A DNA stretch of 64,000 nt from Candidatus Poribacteria bacterium (GCA_965215015.1 OZ244042.1:5216001-5280000), one strand, 5' to 3'. Counted from the first letter of the stretch, positions 1 to 10,479 are shown. Notes: generated by a model from the letters alone, not told the origin. Numbers and translations are program-made.

Positions 1-492
1 CGGATCGTTGGAAGCCGAGCCGATAAAACGGACAACCCCTTCGTTCTGAAGTTTCCGCAACGCCCCTAATGCGCCATCTTCACTCATGACCTCTTCCATC
101 GGTACATCCATTGCATCGTGGATATATACTAGATCCAGGTGTTCGAGTCCAAGCCGTTCAAGGCTAGCCTCCACACTGCGTAAGATGCTGTCAAAAGAAT
201 GGTCTTGCCCCTCCCGGAAGGCACCGGCTTTGGTGACGACGGTGCATTTGGCGGCAAGGTCTCGACGGTTCCTGAGAGCGTTGCCGACAATCTTCTCAAC
301 GGTTGTACCTCCATAGAGGGGGGCGGTGTCGATTAGCGTGCATCCCGCCTCAATAGCGGCTTCAACTGTCTGTGCCCCTATCTCTTCGTCTAGGCCCCGT
401 GGAGGCTCTGATGGCTGGCTACCGATGTATATGGTTCCAAGTCCGATGATGGTGACCTCAAGGCCTGTGCGTCCCAGAATTTTGGTTTTCAT
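1..492 (-). CDS. Aldo/keto reductase (5' part; runs off window start)
   Basis: Manual translation from ATG at 492: MKTKILGRTGLEVTIIGLGT...IDTAPLYG...VVTKAG...SLERLGLEHLDLVYIHD, the AKR motifs. GGAGG RBS upstream. Confidence 0.9.
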   Translation of the reverse strand, partial: MKTKILGRTGLEVTIIGLGTIYIGSQPSEPPRGLDEEIGAQTVEAAIEAGCTLIDTAPLYGGTTVEKIVGNALRNRRDLAAKCTVVTKAGAFREGQDHSFDSILRSVEASLERLGLEHLDLVYIHDAMDVPMEEVMSEDGALGALRKLQNEGVVRFIGSASNDP

Positions 493-731
493 AGCGACCT
501 CCTGTGAGATCTAAATTTTTTATATTCATCTCTCGACATCGAAATGTCGATTTTGGAAAATCAACCGACAGAAGTCCTTACGCCATGGGGTTTCACTCCA
601 CCTATCTATAAGAAGGTGTTGTTGGAAGCCCGGACCTCTGCTGTTGTTGATAGGTATTCGCTTTTGACCGTTCAACCTAACCGACATACACTGCTATTGG
701 TGTCCTCTGCTTCATCTGTTTAATCCGTGAT

Positions 732-1574
732 TCAGACGGTTTGTGCGAGTTCGTCTAGGTAGTGTCGAGCGGAGTTAATCTCATCGGTTACGTCCGCTAT
801 CGAATCCAGAATCGGGATCCCTCGTGGAACGGGATGCATGAAGATTTCCGTCCAGCCAGAGTAGTTAATTTTTTTTAAGGCAGATAGAATCGGTGCGAAA
901 TCCAATGTGCCTCGTCCCGGCATCTGCATCAATTCCTGTTCCTTGGGTAATTTCTCGTGGCAGCCCATTCCGTGCTGCCACGCATAGAATAGGGCTAACC
1001 CCTGTCCCAGATCCGCAATCAGCTGCGCCACCAGTCGGGAATTGTCTGGCAGGTGGTAGGGTGCCAAGGCAATGCCGAGATGCGGAGAATTGGTGAACTC
1101 GATCAACCACTTCATCGAGTCGGGTGATTCGATCAGGGCGCTACTATGGTTCTCGATGCTGATGACGATGCCATACTTCTGGGCGGTAGCAATGTGAGGT
1201 TTCAGTGCTTCGGCAAAATCGGTGACCGCTGCACGCAATTCTTCGCCTGCTAAACCTGTGGGACCTTTGCTGCCGGTCACGATGAGGGAAGCCCCAAATT
1301 CACTGGCAAACGCCATCTCCTCCGCTAGACCGAAGGGGCCCAGATCGAAACGGGTCGATATCCCTAAATCCACCCTGTGGGTTGTGAGCAGTTCTGCAAA
1401 CGCTGCATTCCCCATAGACGCTACCTGTTCCCTCTGGTTGCCGTGGGCCGTGGGCCAAATATCGATATGGTCGCTCCCAATCCTCTTCACTTCGGGGATA
1501 ATCTCAGCCAATGGTAGTGTGCCGTACATGCACGAAGCGAGGATATAGTTTAGTTCAAATGGTTTTTCACTCAT
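732..1574 (-). CDS. Sugar phosphate isomerase/epimerase (xylose isomerase-like TIM barrel)
   Basis: IENH, PGRGTLDF, INYSGWTEIFMH motifs. Start MSEKPF at 1574 overlaps the upstream stop (ATGA); the ORF-track extension to 1790 overlaps the upstream gene. Confidence 0.85.
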   Translation of the reverse strand: MSEKPFELNYILASCMYGTLPLAEIIPEVKRIGSDHIDIWPTAHGNQREQVASMGNAAFAELLTTHRVDLGISTRFDLGPFGLAEEMAFASEFGASLIVTGSKGPTGLAGEELRAAVTDFAEALKPHIATAQKYGIVISIENHSSALIESPDSMKWLIEFTNSPHLGIALAPYHLPDNSRLVAQLIADLGQGLALFYAWQHGMGCHEKLPKEQELMQMPGRGTLDFAPILSALKKINYSGWTEIFMHPVPRGIPILDSIADVTDEINSARHYLDELAQTV

Positions 1575-2596
1575 GGTTTGTCCACCTCCACGATTTCTCC
1601 ACTCTGACCGGACTGATACGCTGCCAAGACGATAGCCAAGACATGACGCCCTTCGGCGGCAGAGACTGGAACCTCCCCACCGTTTTCTATGGCTCCCACG
1701 AAGCGTCGCACTGCTACTGGTAAACCAAGTTCGTCGGGTCCCTCTGTATCTACCGGCGGCTGCGTCCACTCTCCGGTCTCCTTGCGCCACACTGACACCG
1801 GTGCCTCACCCCCGCCAAAGCGAATCTGCCCCTCGGTGCCCAGAATCTCATTGACACTTGTTCCGCCTGCCAAAGCTGACCAACCGACCTGTAGCGAGGT
1901 TGTCGCTCCGTTGTCGTGTTCAATCAAAACTAATGCCGTGTCTTCGACCTCGATATCTTGTACATAGCGACCGATTCGCGCATAGACACGGACTGCCGGC
2001 GAACCGACATAGTTAAGCGCGGTGTAGACTTGGTGATAGCCATTGTCGATTAGGGGCCCTCCGCCGCCGGCTTTGGCTTGGGTGCGCCACTGCTGAGAGA
2101 CGCCTCTGCCCACCACGTGGGATCTGCTAAGCCCCTCGGTGCGTACCAGGAAAACGGAGCCGATCGCGCCCGCCCGTATCTGTTCCATCGCCGCCCGGTG
2201 CGCCGCTGAAAAGAGCTGATTATGCCCAACTGTCATCTTGCGCCCGGTACGCTCTGACACAGTGATCATCCTATCCACTTCTTCCAAACGGGTGGCGATG
2301 GGTTTTTCGAGGAATACGTGGGCTCCCGCCTCCATCGCGGCGATAGCTTGGGGTTCGTGCAAATGGTGAGGGGTGCAGATATGGACCAAGTCTAGCTCTT
2401 CTTTGGCAAGCATCTGCTGCCAATCGGTGTAGAGATGTTCAGATGTAACCCCCAGTTCTCCGCCCATTAATTCAAGGCGGGCTTGGTCGAGATCCGCTAG
2501 TGCCGTAACCGTCACGCGATCCTTCAAACTTGCCAGCATGGGGCCGTGCCGCCGCTCGGTGATTCCGCCACAGCCGATGATTCCTGTTCTCAACAT
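1571..2596 (-). CDS. Gfo/Idh/MocA family oxidoreductase
   Basis: GIIGCGGI, CTPHHLH, LEKPIA, GGGPLIDNGYH; AAGGAGG RBS. Confidence 0.93.
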   Translation of the reverse strand: MLRTGIIGCGGITERRHGPMLASLKDRVTVTALADLDQARLELMGGELGVTSEHLYTDWQQMLAKEELDLVHICTPHHLHEPQAIAAMEAGAHVFLEKPIATRLEEVDRMITVSERTGRKMTVGHNQLFSAAHRAAMEQIRAGAIGSVFLVRTEGLSRSHVVGRGVSQQWRTQAKAGGGGPLIDNGYHQVYTALNYVGSPAVRVYARIGRYVQDIEVEDTALVLIEHDNGATTSLQVGWSALAGGTSVNEILGTEGQIRFGGGEAPVSVWRKETGEWTQPPVDTEGPDELGLPVAVRRFVGAIENGGEVPVSAAEGRHVLAIVLAAYQSGQSGEIVEVDKP

Positions 2597-2616
2597 GAAA
2601 TGTCCTCCTTAGTTCG

Positions 2617-2646
2617 ATTATAACCAATATCACCCGGTGCTGTCAA
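2617..2646 (-). promoter_or_regulatory. Sigma70-type promoter for the Gfo/Idh/MocA operon
   Basis: TTGACA-N18-TATAAT on the minus strand, about 20 nt before the ATG at 2596. Confidence 0.7.
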
Positions 2647-3004
2647 TTGTCTTTATTAGTTCATTGGTTGGACTGTGTTTAGGGCATACGGCGTATGCCT
2701 ACTCCTTTGGTTCATTGCGTTTGGTTCATTGCGATACAGATATTGTTCCGCTGAAACTAAAAAAGGAGTTTACGAATTCCCCATTTTCCACGCCAAAACT
2801 AGCTCTTGAAATTCTACCGTCTGAAAGTTATAATTCTATCCAACTTGAAAATTCTTAAAACACTAGATTTAACAGATTGCTCTATAATTCCTGTGCTGCC
2901 TGCACCTATGCGGCTGAGTGGAAATTTCCAGTCATATACAATTCTTAGTTCCCACTCAATTTTGTAAATGAACCTAATACTTCCGAATAATACAGGAGGA
3001 AATA

Positions 3005-3955
3005 ATGAAATATGTGGAGCTTGGCACAACCGGACAGGAGGTTTCCCTTGTTGCTTTAGGGTGTATGAGCCTGACTCCTAGTGCGAAGGAACGCAGTATC
3101 GCAACCGTCCATCACGCTCATGAGCTTGGAATCACACTATTTGACACCGCCGACATCTACGGCGATGGCGAATCCGAAAAGATACTGGGAGAAGCTATCC
3201 GTGAGGGTAACATTCCGCGGGAAAAAGTGATTATCGCCTCCAAATGCGCTGCCTTGCGATATGAGAATGTATATACCTGGAATTTGTCCGCCTCCTATAT
3301 CAAGGAGTGCTGTGAGGGGTCGTTGAAGCGTTTGGGTATGGAGTATATAGACCTCTATCAGCCCCATCGTATTGATTACCTGACACATCCGGAGGAGACC
3401 GCTCGTGCACTAGAGGACCTAAAGACGGAAGGGAAGATCCGGCATGTCGGCGTGAGCAACTATTCACCAGATGAGATTCGTGCCATCTCTGCTTATACCC
3501 GTGTGGAGGCATTGCAGACGCTATTTCACCTGTTAATTCAAGAACCGTTAGAGGTTGGCTTAGCCGCTGTGTGTTTAGAAAAGGAGATGAACCTCCTCTG
3601 CTACAGTCCGCTTGCCGGTGGGCTCCTCACCGGGAATAAACCGCTACCACACACCTTCGATCAGGGGTTCGGTGATTGGCAGGAGCAACGGGAGCAGGGC
3701 GTGGTGGCTCAGGTGAAGATAGTCGCTGAGCGGTATGGCGTGACGCCGGGGCAAATATCGCTCGCTTGGTTGATGGCACTCCCCGGCGGAGTTATCCCAC
3801 TTGTGGGCACGGGGAACCCTGACCACATCGCGGAGGGTGCGAGAGCTGCGGACATTACGCTGGCTCGCGATGATTGGTATGAACTAACGATCATTGGGCG
3901 GGGGCGTCGGATGCGGTGGCGGGGCAGACCTTATATTTACTTAAAGGATCGGTAG
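3005..3955 (+). CDS. Aldo/keto reductase
   Basis: LGCM, FDTADIYG, IASKC, YIDLYQPHRID, GVSNY, YSPLAGG; AGGAGGA RBS. Confidence 0.93.
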   Translation: MKYVELGTTGQEVSLVALGCMSLTPSAKERSIATVHHAHELGITLFDTADIYGDGESEKILGEAIREGNIPREKVIIASKCAALRYENVYTWNLSASYIKECCEGSLKRLGMEYIDLYQPHRIDYLTHPEETARALEDLKTEGKIRHVGVSNYSPDEIRAISAYTRVEALQTLFHLLIQEPLEVGLAAVCLEKEMNLLCYSPLAGGLLTGNKPLPHTFDQGFGDWQEQREQGVVAQVKIVAERYGVTPGQISLAWLMALPGGVIPLVGTGNPDHIAEGARAADITLARDDWYELTIIGRGRRMRWRGRPYIYLKDR

Positions 3956-4051
3956 TATTAGTTCATTGGTTTATTAGTTCATTTGTTCAGGCGTTCATTG
4001 AATTGGTGAACCCTATACATTGTGCTCCTCACGTTTGAAAGGAGATATACT

Positions 4052-4906
4052 GTGATCGATTTTTCACGCTCGACGTTTACTTGGCATTCACATCCGTGGA
4101 CACCGGATCCCTACTATCGCTATGCCGGCGGTTTTGTGGGACAAGAGGGGCAAGCGTATCACGTCCGATTCGGTCTTGAAGCCGGCTGCGAAATACGGAA
4201 CGAAGCGAATGGGCATGTTACAAAGATGTTTGTCGGAGCACCGTGTCGCAGCGAGTACACGATCGCGTCCCGAAATCTGTTCCAGGTTCCCAGCGGTGAG
4301 TGGCGTATGGCTTTCAGCGATGAATCCCAGTTGAACATTGCGACAAGACCGAGTAAGGAGCCCGAAGAATCGTCAATAAAAAAGCTGAGTGAGATTTATC
4401 AGAGTTATAAGGTTGATGTGCGTTCGCATACCAACTTCTCTGAGTTGATGGATGTCAATGAGATTGTTGATGCAACCCTGAACGGCGATCTGCTGAATGC
4501 AAAATCAACCTACCGTGATCAAGAACATAACCTCACGATTTCGGTCGAATATCCCGTGGACGTGATGAACCTGAATGCGGTGGATATGGAGTTCCAAGTC
4601 TGCACAGGTCCCATCATTCTGCCGGATCTCGCCACTTGGGACGGTCGGGAGGTTAGACGGGTGTTTCTTGCACAGGTCGCTATTTCCGCATTTGATTGGG
4701 TGGAGTTCATCTTGCAACGGGAGGTCGAGGCCTCGGCGGCAGAGAGGGAATGGTTAGACGAACCGCGTGGTCGCGATCGCCAGGAGTTACGCGATCCGAA
4801 CAATCCGCCTCTCAACTATCCACCTCCTCGGCCGCGCCCAACCGTTTATAACGAGGTTTGGGAGTTTGAAGCGACGAATGTTGTGTTGCGGGTAAACAAT
4901 CCATAG
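4052..4906 (+). CDS. Hypothetical protein
   Basis: Long ORF; AAAGGAG RBS before GTG at 4052; no recognisable motif. Confidence 0.75.
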   Translation: MIDFSRSTFTWHSHPWTPDPYYRYAGGFVGQEGQAYHVRFGLEAGCEIRNEANGHVTKMFVGAPCRSEYTIASRNLFQVPSGEWRMAFSDESQLNIATRPSKEPEESSIKKLSEIYQSYKVDVRSHTNFSELMDVNEIVDATLNGDLLNAKSTYRDQEHNLTISVEYPVDVMNLNAVDMEFQVCTGPIILPDLATWDGREVRRVFLAQVAISAFDWVEFILQREVEASAAEREWLDEPRGRDRQELRDPNNPPLNYPPPRPRPTVYNEVWEFEATNVVLRVNNP

Positions 4907-4935
4907 GCTATCACGGCAGAAGTTGTAAGGCGTTA

Positions 4936-5994
4936 ATGATGAACATTCACGATAGCGGCTATAAGAAACTATTCTCAAATCGTACCATATTTCAGCAACT
5001 CCTTGAGACATTCGTCAACCAGGAATGGGTGGCTCAGCTGGATTTCAACAACTGTGAATCCCTAGATAAATCCTTTATCTCCGAACACTACAAAGAAACC
5101 GAGAGTGACTTAATCTACAAAATCCAGTTTCATGACCGTGAGGTCTACATTTATATTCTTATCGAGTTTCAATCCACCGTTGACCCGTTCATGGCGTTGC
5201 GTGTCCTCAACTACATCACCAACTTTTACATGGATTTTCTCGTCAATAACAGAGGTGTTAAAAGGCTGCCGGCAGTTTTTCCAATCGTGTTGTATAATGG
5301 AGAAGCATCTTGGACGGCCCCGGTGAATCTTTCGGGGTTGATTGAGCGGGATCCACCCCTTGGTGCATTCTCCTTAGATTTTCAGTATTTCCTAATTGCT
5401 GAGAACCAATACAGTCAGGAAGCGTTGTTGACCATCCGAAACATAGTATCGACTTTGTTTTTGGCAGAATCACATTACGATTTAGATTTGCTGGAGGTAG
5501 AGCTGTTGAATCTGTTTTCTTCGGAGGTGGACAAAGAGGCGGTGAGTTTGTTTTTAAACTGGTTCAGGCAGTTGGCTCTTCATGGTCGGATAGGATCATC
5601 AGATTACGAGTCGCTTGATTTCATTTATCGCAGCGAAGAGGAGGTGAGTACGATGTTAGTAACAGCGTTAGAGCGAGAAAGGCGTCAGATTTTTCAAAAT
5701 GGTCTGCTTGAGGGCAAGCAGGAAGGTCTGCTCGAGGGCAAGCAGGAAGGTCTGCTTGAGGGCAAGCAGGAAGGTCTGCTCGAGGGCAAGCAGGAAGGTT
5801 TGCTCGAGGGCAAGCAGGAAGGTCTGCTTGAGGGTGAGCAGAAAGGCAGAATTGAAGGGAAGATTGAAACGGCAAAGGCGATGCTTGCCAAGGGAATGGA
5901 GATGAGGCTCATCTCCGAAATCACTAATCTTCCAGAAGAACAACTTTTGCAGTTGAAAGAGGAGGGCTTAGTGTCAGAAGTGCGTAAATCCTGA
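4936..5994 (+). CDS. Rpn/YhgA-family recombination-promoting nuclease (PD-(D/E)XK putative transposase)
   Basis: HDSGYKKLFS, SDLIYK, YILIEFQS, MALRVLNY, VFPIVLYNG; C-terminal EG repeats and 'AKAMLAKGM..ISEITNL' tail. Confidence 0.92.
   Translation: MMNIHDSGYKKLFSNRTIFQQLLETFVNQEWVAQLDFNNCESLDKSFISEHYKETESDLIYKIQFHDREVYIYILIEFQSTVDPFMALRVLNYITNFYMDFLVNNRGVKRLPAVFPIVLYNGEASWTAPVNLSGLIERDPPLGAFSLDFQYFLIAENQYSQEALLTIRNIVSTLFLAESHYDLDLLEVELLNLFSSEVDKEAVSLFLNWFRQLALHGRIGSSDYESLDFIYRSEEEVSTMLVTALERERRQIFQNGLLEGKQEGLLEGKQEGLLEGKQEGLLEGKQEGLLEGKQEGLLEGEQKGRIEGKIETAKAMLAKGMEMRLISEITNLPEEQLLQLKEEGLVSEVRKS
5701..5844 (+). repeat. 24-bp tandem repeat (GLLEGKQE x5 plus one degenerate copy) within the Rpn gene
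   Basis: ggtctgctYgagggcaagcaggaa units. Confidence 0.95.
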
Positions 5995-6004
5995 CCTTAC
6001 CGAT

Positions 6005-6608
6005 AGGGGCTTTAGCCCGTAAAGCCGAAAGATTTATCTTTGGGATACAAGCTTTGCGTTGGGTTTTTTTTGAAATTGTCTGATTGTTAGGCATTGCCTA
6101 CCGCTCGCAAAATGGGGTATACTTGTCTTGTTTTTCGTGAGGGCCTGCTGCACCGTCGCTTGAGGGGACTGACATGCTACAACTCAACGTGAAGATTTCC
6201 ACTGGCAACTTGCCCATGGCCTCACAGACAGATATGACTGGCTTTCACTGGAGATCCTCAACTAGTAAGGTATGAAACGCCTTTGGGGGCGTAAGGTCTT
6301 TGACTTGGGTTTTTCTGACTTTGTGCAGAAGCTTAAGTACATTGCCTAAAAGAAGGATAGGGACATCCGTTTCATTGATAAATGGTATCCGTCGTCAAAG
6401 ACTTGTCATGTCTGTGGCGCAGTCAATCTACGCTAAACCTTCGTGATAGAACGGGGCAATGTCCAAGTTGCGATACACAGTTGGATATTAGCCGCAACGC
6501 TGCGGTTAATATCCATCGGGTGGTGGCATCCACCCGCTCTGGAAAGGTTGTCAGTCTCCGACAGAAGCGGAGCGCCCTTGAATTCCGTTAGGCTAGGGAG
6601 TATGTCAA
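6005..6608 (+). mobile_element. tnpB: Degenerate IS200/IS605-family element with tnpB remnant
   Basis: Interrupted translation QREDFHWQLAH..RYDW...GMKRLWGRKV.DLGF...DKWYPSSKTCHVCG...CPSCDTQLD..RNAAVNI, with stops and frameshifts. Right-end-like ...GGGAGTATGTCAA; left-end-like hairpin at ~6020-6045. Confidence 0.85.
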
Positions 6609-6629
6609 AACTTGATGTTTGCACTAACT

Positions 6630-6813
6630 TAGGACTTACGCGCTTCGGTTGTGAAAATCGTGTCTGATTTCCGACTGCCTATGACTTTGACATCCGACCA
6701 TGGAGATTCACTCGTGGCCACAGAACCTGCCCTCGATGAAGTCGGGGTTAGGAAACCTACCACCATGATAGGGGTTGTCCCAAGGTGCTGATTGCTCAAC
6801 TGCGTAGGTCCTA
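6630..6813. mobile_element. MITE-like element with 12-bp terminal inverted repeats
   Basis: TAGGACTTACGC (6630) and GCGTAGGTCCTA (ends 6813). The right ~70 bp recur in the 52.8-53.6 kb array and at 42.4 kb. Confidence 0.6.
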
Positions 6814-6867
6814 TACTTTTAACATCAACCAAATTTTTAAACGTCATTTTAACAAAAGAGGCATTTC

Positions 6868-8100
6868 ATGCACGCAGAAATTGTCATGATTGGCACTGAG
6901 CTTCTGCTCGGAGAGATTGTCGATACAAATGCCAACAGATTAGCACTTGCGCTCCGAGACATCGGACTGGATCTATACTACAAAACAACCGTCGGCGATA
7001 ACCTTGCCCGGATTACCGAAGTCCTCGACTTGGCGTTAGATCGGTCAGATGTTATCATCACCTCCGGCGGTATCGGTCCGACGGTGGACGATGTCACACG
7101 CCAAGCAGTTGCCGACGCTACAGGACGTAAGCTGATCTACAGCACGGAACTGGAGACAGAAATTGCGGCACGTTTCAGCCGTTTTGGACGACCAATGGCT
7201 GATAACAATAAGCGCCAAGCTTACATTCCCGAAGGGGCAACCCCGCTAACAAATCCTGTGGGCACGGCACCGTGCTATCTGAGCGAAGACATCAATGGAC
7301 GGGGCTGCATCATTTCGCTGCCGGGCGTTCCGAGGGAGCTTGAGCATATGATGGAGAATACCGTTATCCCGCTGCTAATTGAGCGCATGGGTGGGATCAA
7401 GGTAACGCGGGTCCGTGTGCTACGGACATGCGCGGTGGGAGAGAGTAACATCGATCGGGGCATCGGTGATCTGATGATAACGGGGAATCCTACTGTCGGA
7501 CTGGCAGCGCATATCGGTCAGACTGATGTGAGAATCACTGCGAAGGCGGACACGGACGAAGAGGCGGATACGCTCGTTGCTGGAATGGAGGCAAAACTTC
7601 GCGAGCGGTTGGGTGTTGCCGTTTATGGTGAGGGGAAGGTAACGGTGGCAGAGGTTGTCGGCGATTTACTGAACGGGAAATCGCTCAAGTTAGGGGTGAT
7701 CGACATGCTCACCGGCGGTCAACTTGCGCGGGATCTTGTTGAGTCCGGTTATTCCGACTTAGTTGCGACCGGCCTGTCTCCTGCTAGCTTAACGGAGGCG
7801 TTGAAAGATTCGGGCACCGATGCAAGTAACCCTCCGGATGTTGCGGAGGCCCGTTCCTACGCTGTTTCGCTAGCAGAGCACGTGACACCACCCGGTGGCG
7901 TAGGACTCGCAATGATTGGTCCCTTTGAAGATTTGTCCACCTTTATTGCCTTGAATGGACCGGGGGAGGTTTGTCTCTTTGAACGGAGTCGCAATTATCA
8001 GGATAGCGACCATATTCGTCGATGGTTGGTTGTTCAAGCGTTGGATTGGATTCGCCGTACGCTGCTGGGCCAGATGAAGTCGCCGGTGGACTGGAATTAA
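6868..8100 (+). CDS. cinA: CinA family competence/damage-inducible protein (MocF domain; divergent C-terminal domain)
   Basis: AEIVMIGTELLLGEIVDTNA, TVGDN, SGGIGPTVDDVTR, NPVGTAP, LPGVPREL. The usual AESCTGG is replaced by IDMLTGG. Confidence 0.9.
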   Translation: MHAEIVMIGTELLLGEIVDTNANRLALALRDIGLDLYYKTTVGDNLARITEVLDLALDRSDVIITSGGIGPTVDDVTRQAVADATGRKLIYSTELETEIAARFSRFGRPMADNNKRQAYIPEGATPLTNPVGTAPCYLSEDINGRGCIISLPGVPRELEHMMENTVIPLLIERMGGIKVTRVRVLRTCAVGESNIDRGIGDLMITGNPTVGLAAHIGQTDVRITAKADTDEEADTLVAGMEAKLRERLGVAVYGEGKVTVAEVVGDLLNGKSLKLGVIDMLTGGQLARDLVESGYSDLVATGLSPASLTEALKDSGTDASNPPDVAEARSYAVSLAEHVTPPGGVGLAMIGPFEDLSTFIALNGPGEVCLFERSRNYQDSDHIRRWLVVQALDWIRRTLLGQMKSPVDWN

Positions 8101-8366
8101 TCTATTGGTCTATCAAGGATAAAACGGTTGGAACCTGCTTTTGACAGCGTATAGTGGTGTAGGTTGGGTTGAACGCTTAAAAGCGAGACCTGTCAAGGAC
8201 AATAGAGATTCTGCCTTTCAACAACACCTTTTTATAGATAGATTGATACAGACCGTAGTCAAGAAATTGCAGAACAGAACCCAGGGTTTTTCTTGAAATT
8301 TTGGTGTTTCTTCGCGTTCTTTTTTTTAGATGAACCTAGACTAAAAGCGTTGGCTATAAATGGAAA

Positions 8367-10040
8367 ATGAAATCGATACCGCCACAACCCCCGTGCCCCG
8401 CAAGCGGTGAGAAAGGGCCGACAACTTCCGAAGATCATCAGCGAGTTACCCGATCTGCGGGGATGGTTAGTATCGCCGTGATGGCGTCGCGCCTGCTTGG
8501 GCTGGTGCGTGAGAAGGTGATCGCTTACTTCTTTGCTGCCGGCGTTGGGGGTGATGCGTTTTATGCGGCGTTTCGGATTCCGAACTTGATGCGAGATTTG
8601 TTCGGCGAAGGTGCGTTAAGCAAGGCATTCGTCACAACCTTCATAGGGACCGAGCTGGAGGAGGGTGAAGAAGCGGCTTGGTGTCTGGCGAGCAGGGTTT
8701 TCAACGCGAGTTTTCTCCTACTTACGCTGATAACGCTTATCGGAATTTTCGCTGCTCCTGCTATTGTCGATTTGATATTTATGGGCAAGGGTTTTCAGGA
8801 GGTGCCGCTGGATCCGTCGGAACACTTCGGCTTCGATTCCAAGCGCAATCTGACCGTCTACCTCACGCAGATTATGTTTCCGTATCTGATACTGGTTTCG
8901 TTGGCAGCGGTGGCGATGGGACTTCTCAACAGCAAGGGGAAGTTTGGGTTGCCCGCCTCGGCGTCCTCTTTTTTTAACGTTGGATCGTTAATCGTTGGGG
9001 TGTGCGGTTACTACGTCGCCCCGAACTTTGACCTGCATCGGACAACGGGGATAGCAGTTGGTGTAGTCGTTGGGGGCGCATTGCAATTCCTGGTTCAGGT
9101 GCCTTCGATGCGGCGCGTTGGATTCCGTTATCAGCTCCTTCTCAGTTTTTGTGATGAACGGGTGCGGCAGGTAATGCGTCTTATTGGTCCTGCGATCCTT
9201 GGGGTTGCCGCGTTGCAGGTGAACGTATTGGTCAACTCGATCTTTGCATCGGAGGGGGCGGGTTGGTTGACTTGGATAAACCGTGCTTTTCGGTTGATGC
9301 ACCTGCCGATTGGTGTCTTTGGTGTTGCGATTTCGACTGTTGCCTTGCCGAATCTTGCGAAATTGGTCGCAGCGGGGAACACGGAGGGGTATCGCCGTGC
9401 TTTTTCGTATGCGCTACGCCTGACCTTTCTGCTGACGTTACCCGCGTCGATTGGGTTGATGGTACTTGCTGAACCGATCTGTCGTCTGATTTTTGAGGGG
9501 GGACAGGCAACCCCCTTAGATACACAACAGACGGCGATTGCGCTATTTTACTACGCCTTCGGTCTATGTGGTTTTTCGGCAGTCAAGATTGCGACGGATG
9601 GATTTTATACCTTCAATGACACACGCACACCGGCTGTGGTCAGTCTGTGCACTGTTGGGCTCAATATCCTGCTGAACTATCTCTTTATTTACCGATTCGG
9701 GTTTGATCACAGATCCCTTGCGCTGTCTACCTCCTGCACGATTACGTTGAATTTCCTCGCGCTGCTGTTTCTTTTGCGGGGGAGAGTTGGAGGGTTAGGA
9801 TTAAGTGGCATCTATCTGCTGCTGATTAAACTTGCGCTTGCTTCTGCTGTTATGGGGGGCTTCTGCTGGTGGGGATATACACAGATTGAGGGATGGTTGG
9901 GTACGGAGCGTCTTATCGCCCGGCTCATCGGTGTGTTTGTCCCAATTGGGCTGGGGGTCGCTGTTTTGGTGGGGGGAGCCAAGTTGATGAGAATCCGAGA
10001 GTTGGATCAGCTGTTGGGGGCAATTGTTCGACGGCTATAG
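8367..10040 (+). CDS. murJ: Lipid II flippase MurJ (MviN)
   Basis: SRLLGLVRE, DAFYAAFRIPNLMRDLFGEGALS, LPIGVFGVAISTVALP; many TM segments. Confidence 0.95.
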   Translation: MKSIPPQPPCPASGEKGPTTSEDHQRVTRSAGMVSIAVMASRLLGLVREKVIAYFFAAGVGGDAFYAAFRIPNLMRDLFGEGALSKAFVTTFIGTELEEGEEAAWCLASRVFNASFLLLTLITLIGIFAAPAIVDLIFMGKGFQEVPLDPSEHFGFDSKRNLTVYLTQIMFPYLILVSLAAVAMGLLNSKGKFGLPASASSFFNVGSLIVGVCGYYVAPNFDLHRTTGIAVGVVVGGALQFLVQVPSMRRVGFRYQLLLSFCDERVRQVMRLIGPAILGVAALQVNVLVNSIFASEGAGWLTWINRAFRLMHLPIGVFGVAISTVALPNLAKLVAAGNTEGYRRAFSYALRLTFLLTLPASIGLMVLAEPICRLIFEGGQATPLDTQQTAIALFYYAFGLCGFSAVKIATDGFYTFNDTRTPAVVSLCTVGLNILLNYLFIYRFGFDHRSLALSTSCTITLNFLALLFLLRGRVGGLGLSGIYLLLIKLALASAVMGGFCWWGYTQIEGWLGTERLIARLIGVFVPIGLGVAVLVGGAKLMRIRELDQLLGAIVRRL

Positions 10041-10238
10041 TGGCGCAAAAGTTCATTGGCTCTATTGGTACATTGGGTGGCATTGGGTATCGTGCAACAA
10101 TCCTGGCTGATTGAGTCTAGATTATAGCGCAATGTTCTAGGTATGAAGTCCGCTTTGGGGACGCAAGTGGGGACACTCCCGCAGGGGGGAATTTGCAGGT
10201 AGAGGGAGGGATTGCAAGGGGAAGAACCTCCTACCCCC

Positions 10239-10320
10239 AAATACCGATATGGTATCAGACCGTTCTAGGCTCAATGAGCCAGTAACTGACGGACAACCCA
10301 TCGGGTATTTAGCGGGGAGG
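10239..10320 (+). repeat. Dispersed intergenic repeat (family A)
   Basis: GGTATCAGACCGTTCTAGGYTCAATGAGCCAG.AACTG.CGGAYAACCCA.CGGGTATTTAG, also at ~22585, ~53688, ~49746 (interrupted) and partly inverted at ~28520. Confidence 0.85.
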
Positions 10321-10479
10321 GCAAGAGGGCTATGTAGTAGGGTGATTGATCACCCGTTGTGGACGCGCAATGAACGCGCGACTACAAACTGAAAAAAGGA
10401 GTAGGCACACTCCCCCGTAAAGAGGGACGCTGCCGCAGGGGGGAGGGTGCAAGCAGGGGATAATCCGTGACAAGTGATA

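Noticed and set aside
5621-5943. Repetitive alternate-frame ORFs over the Rpn tail
   Set aside because: Shadows of the 24-bp repeat.
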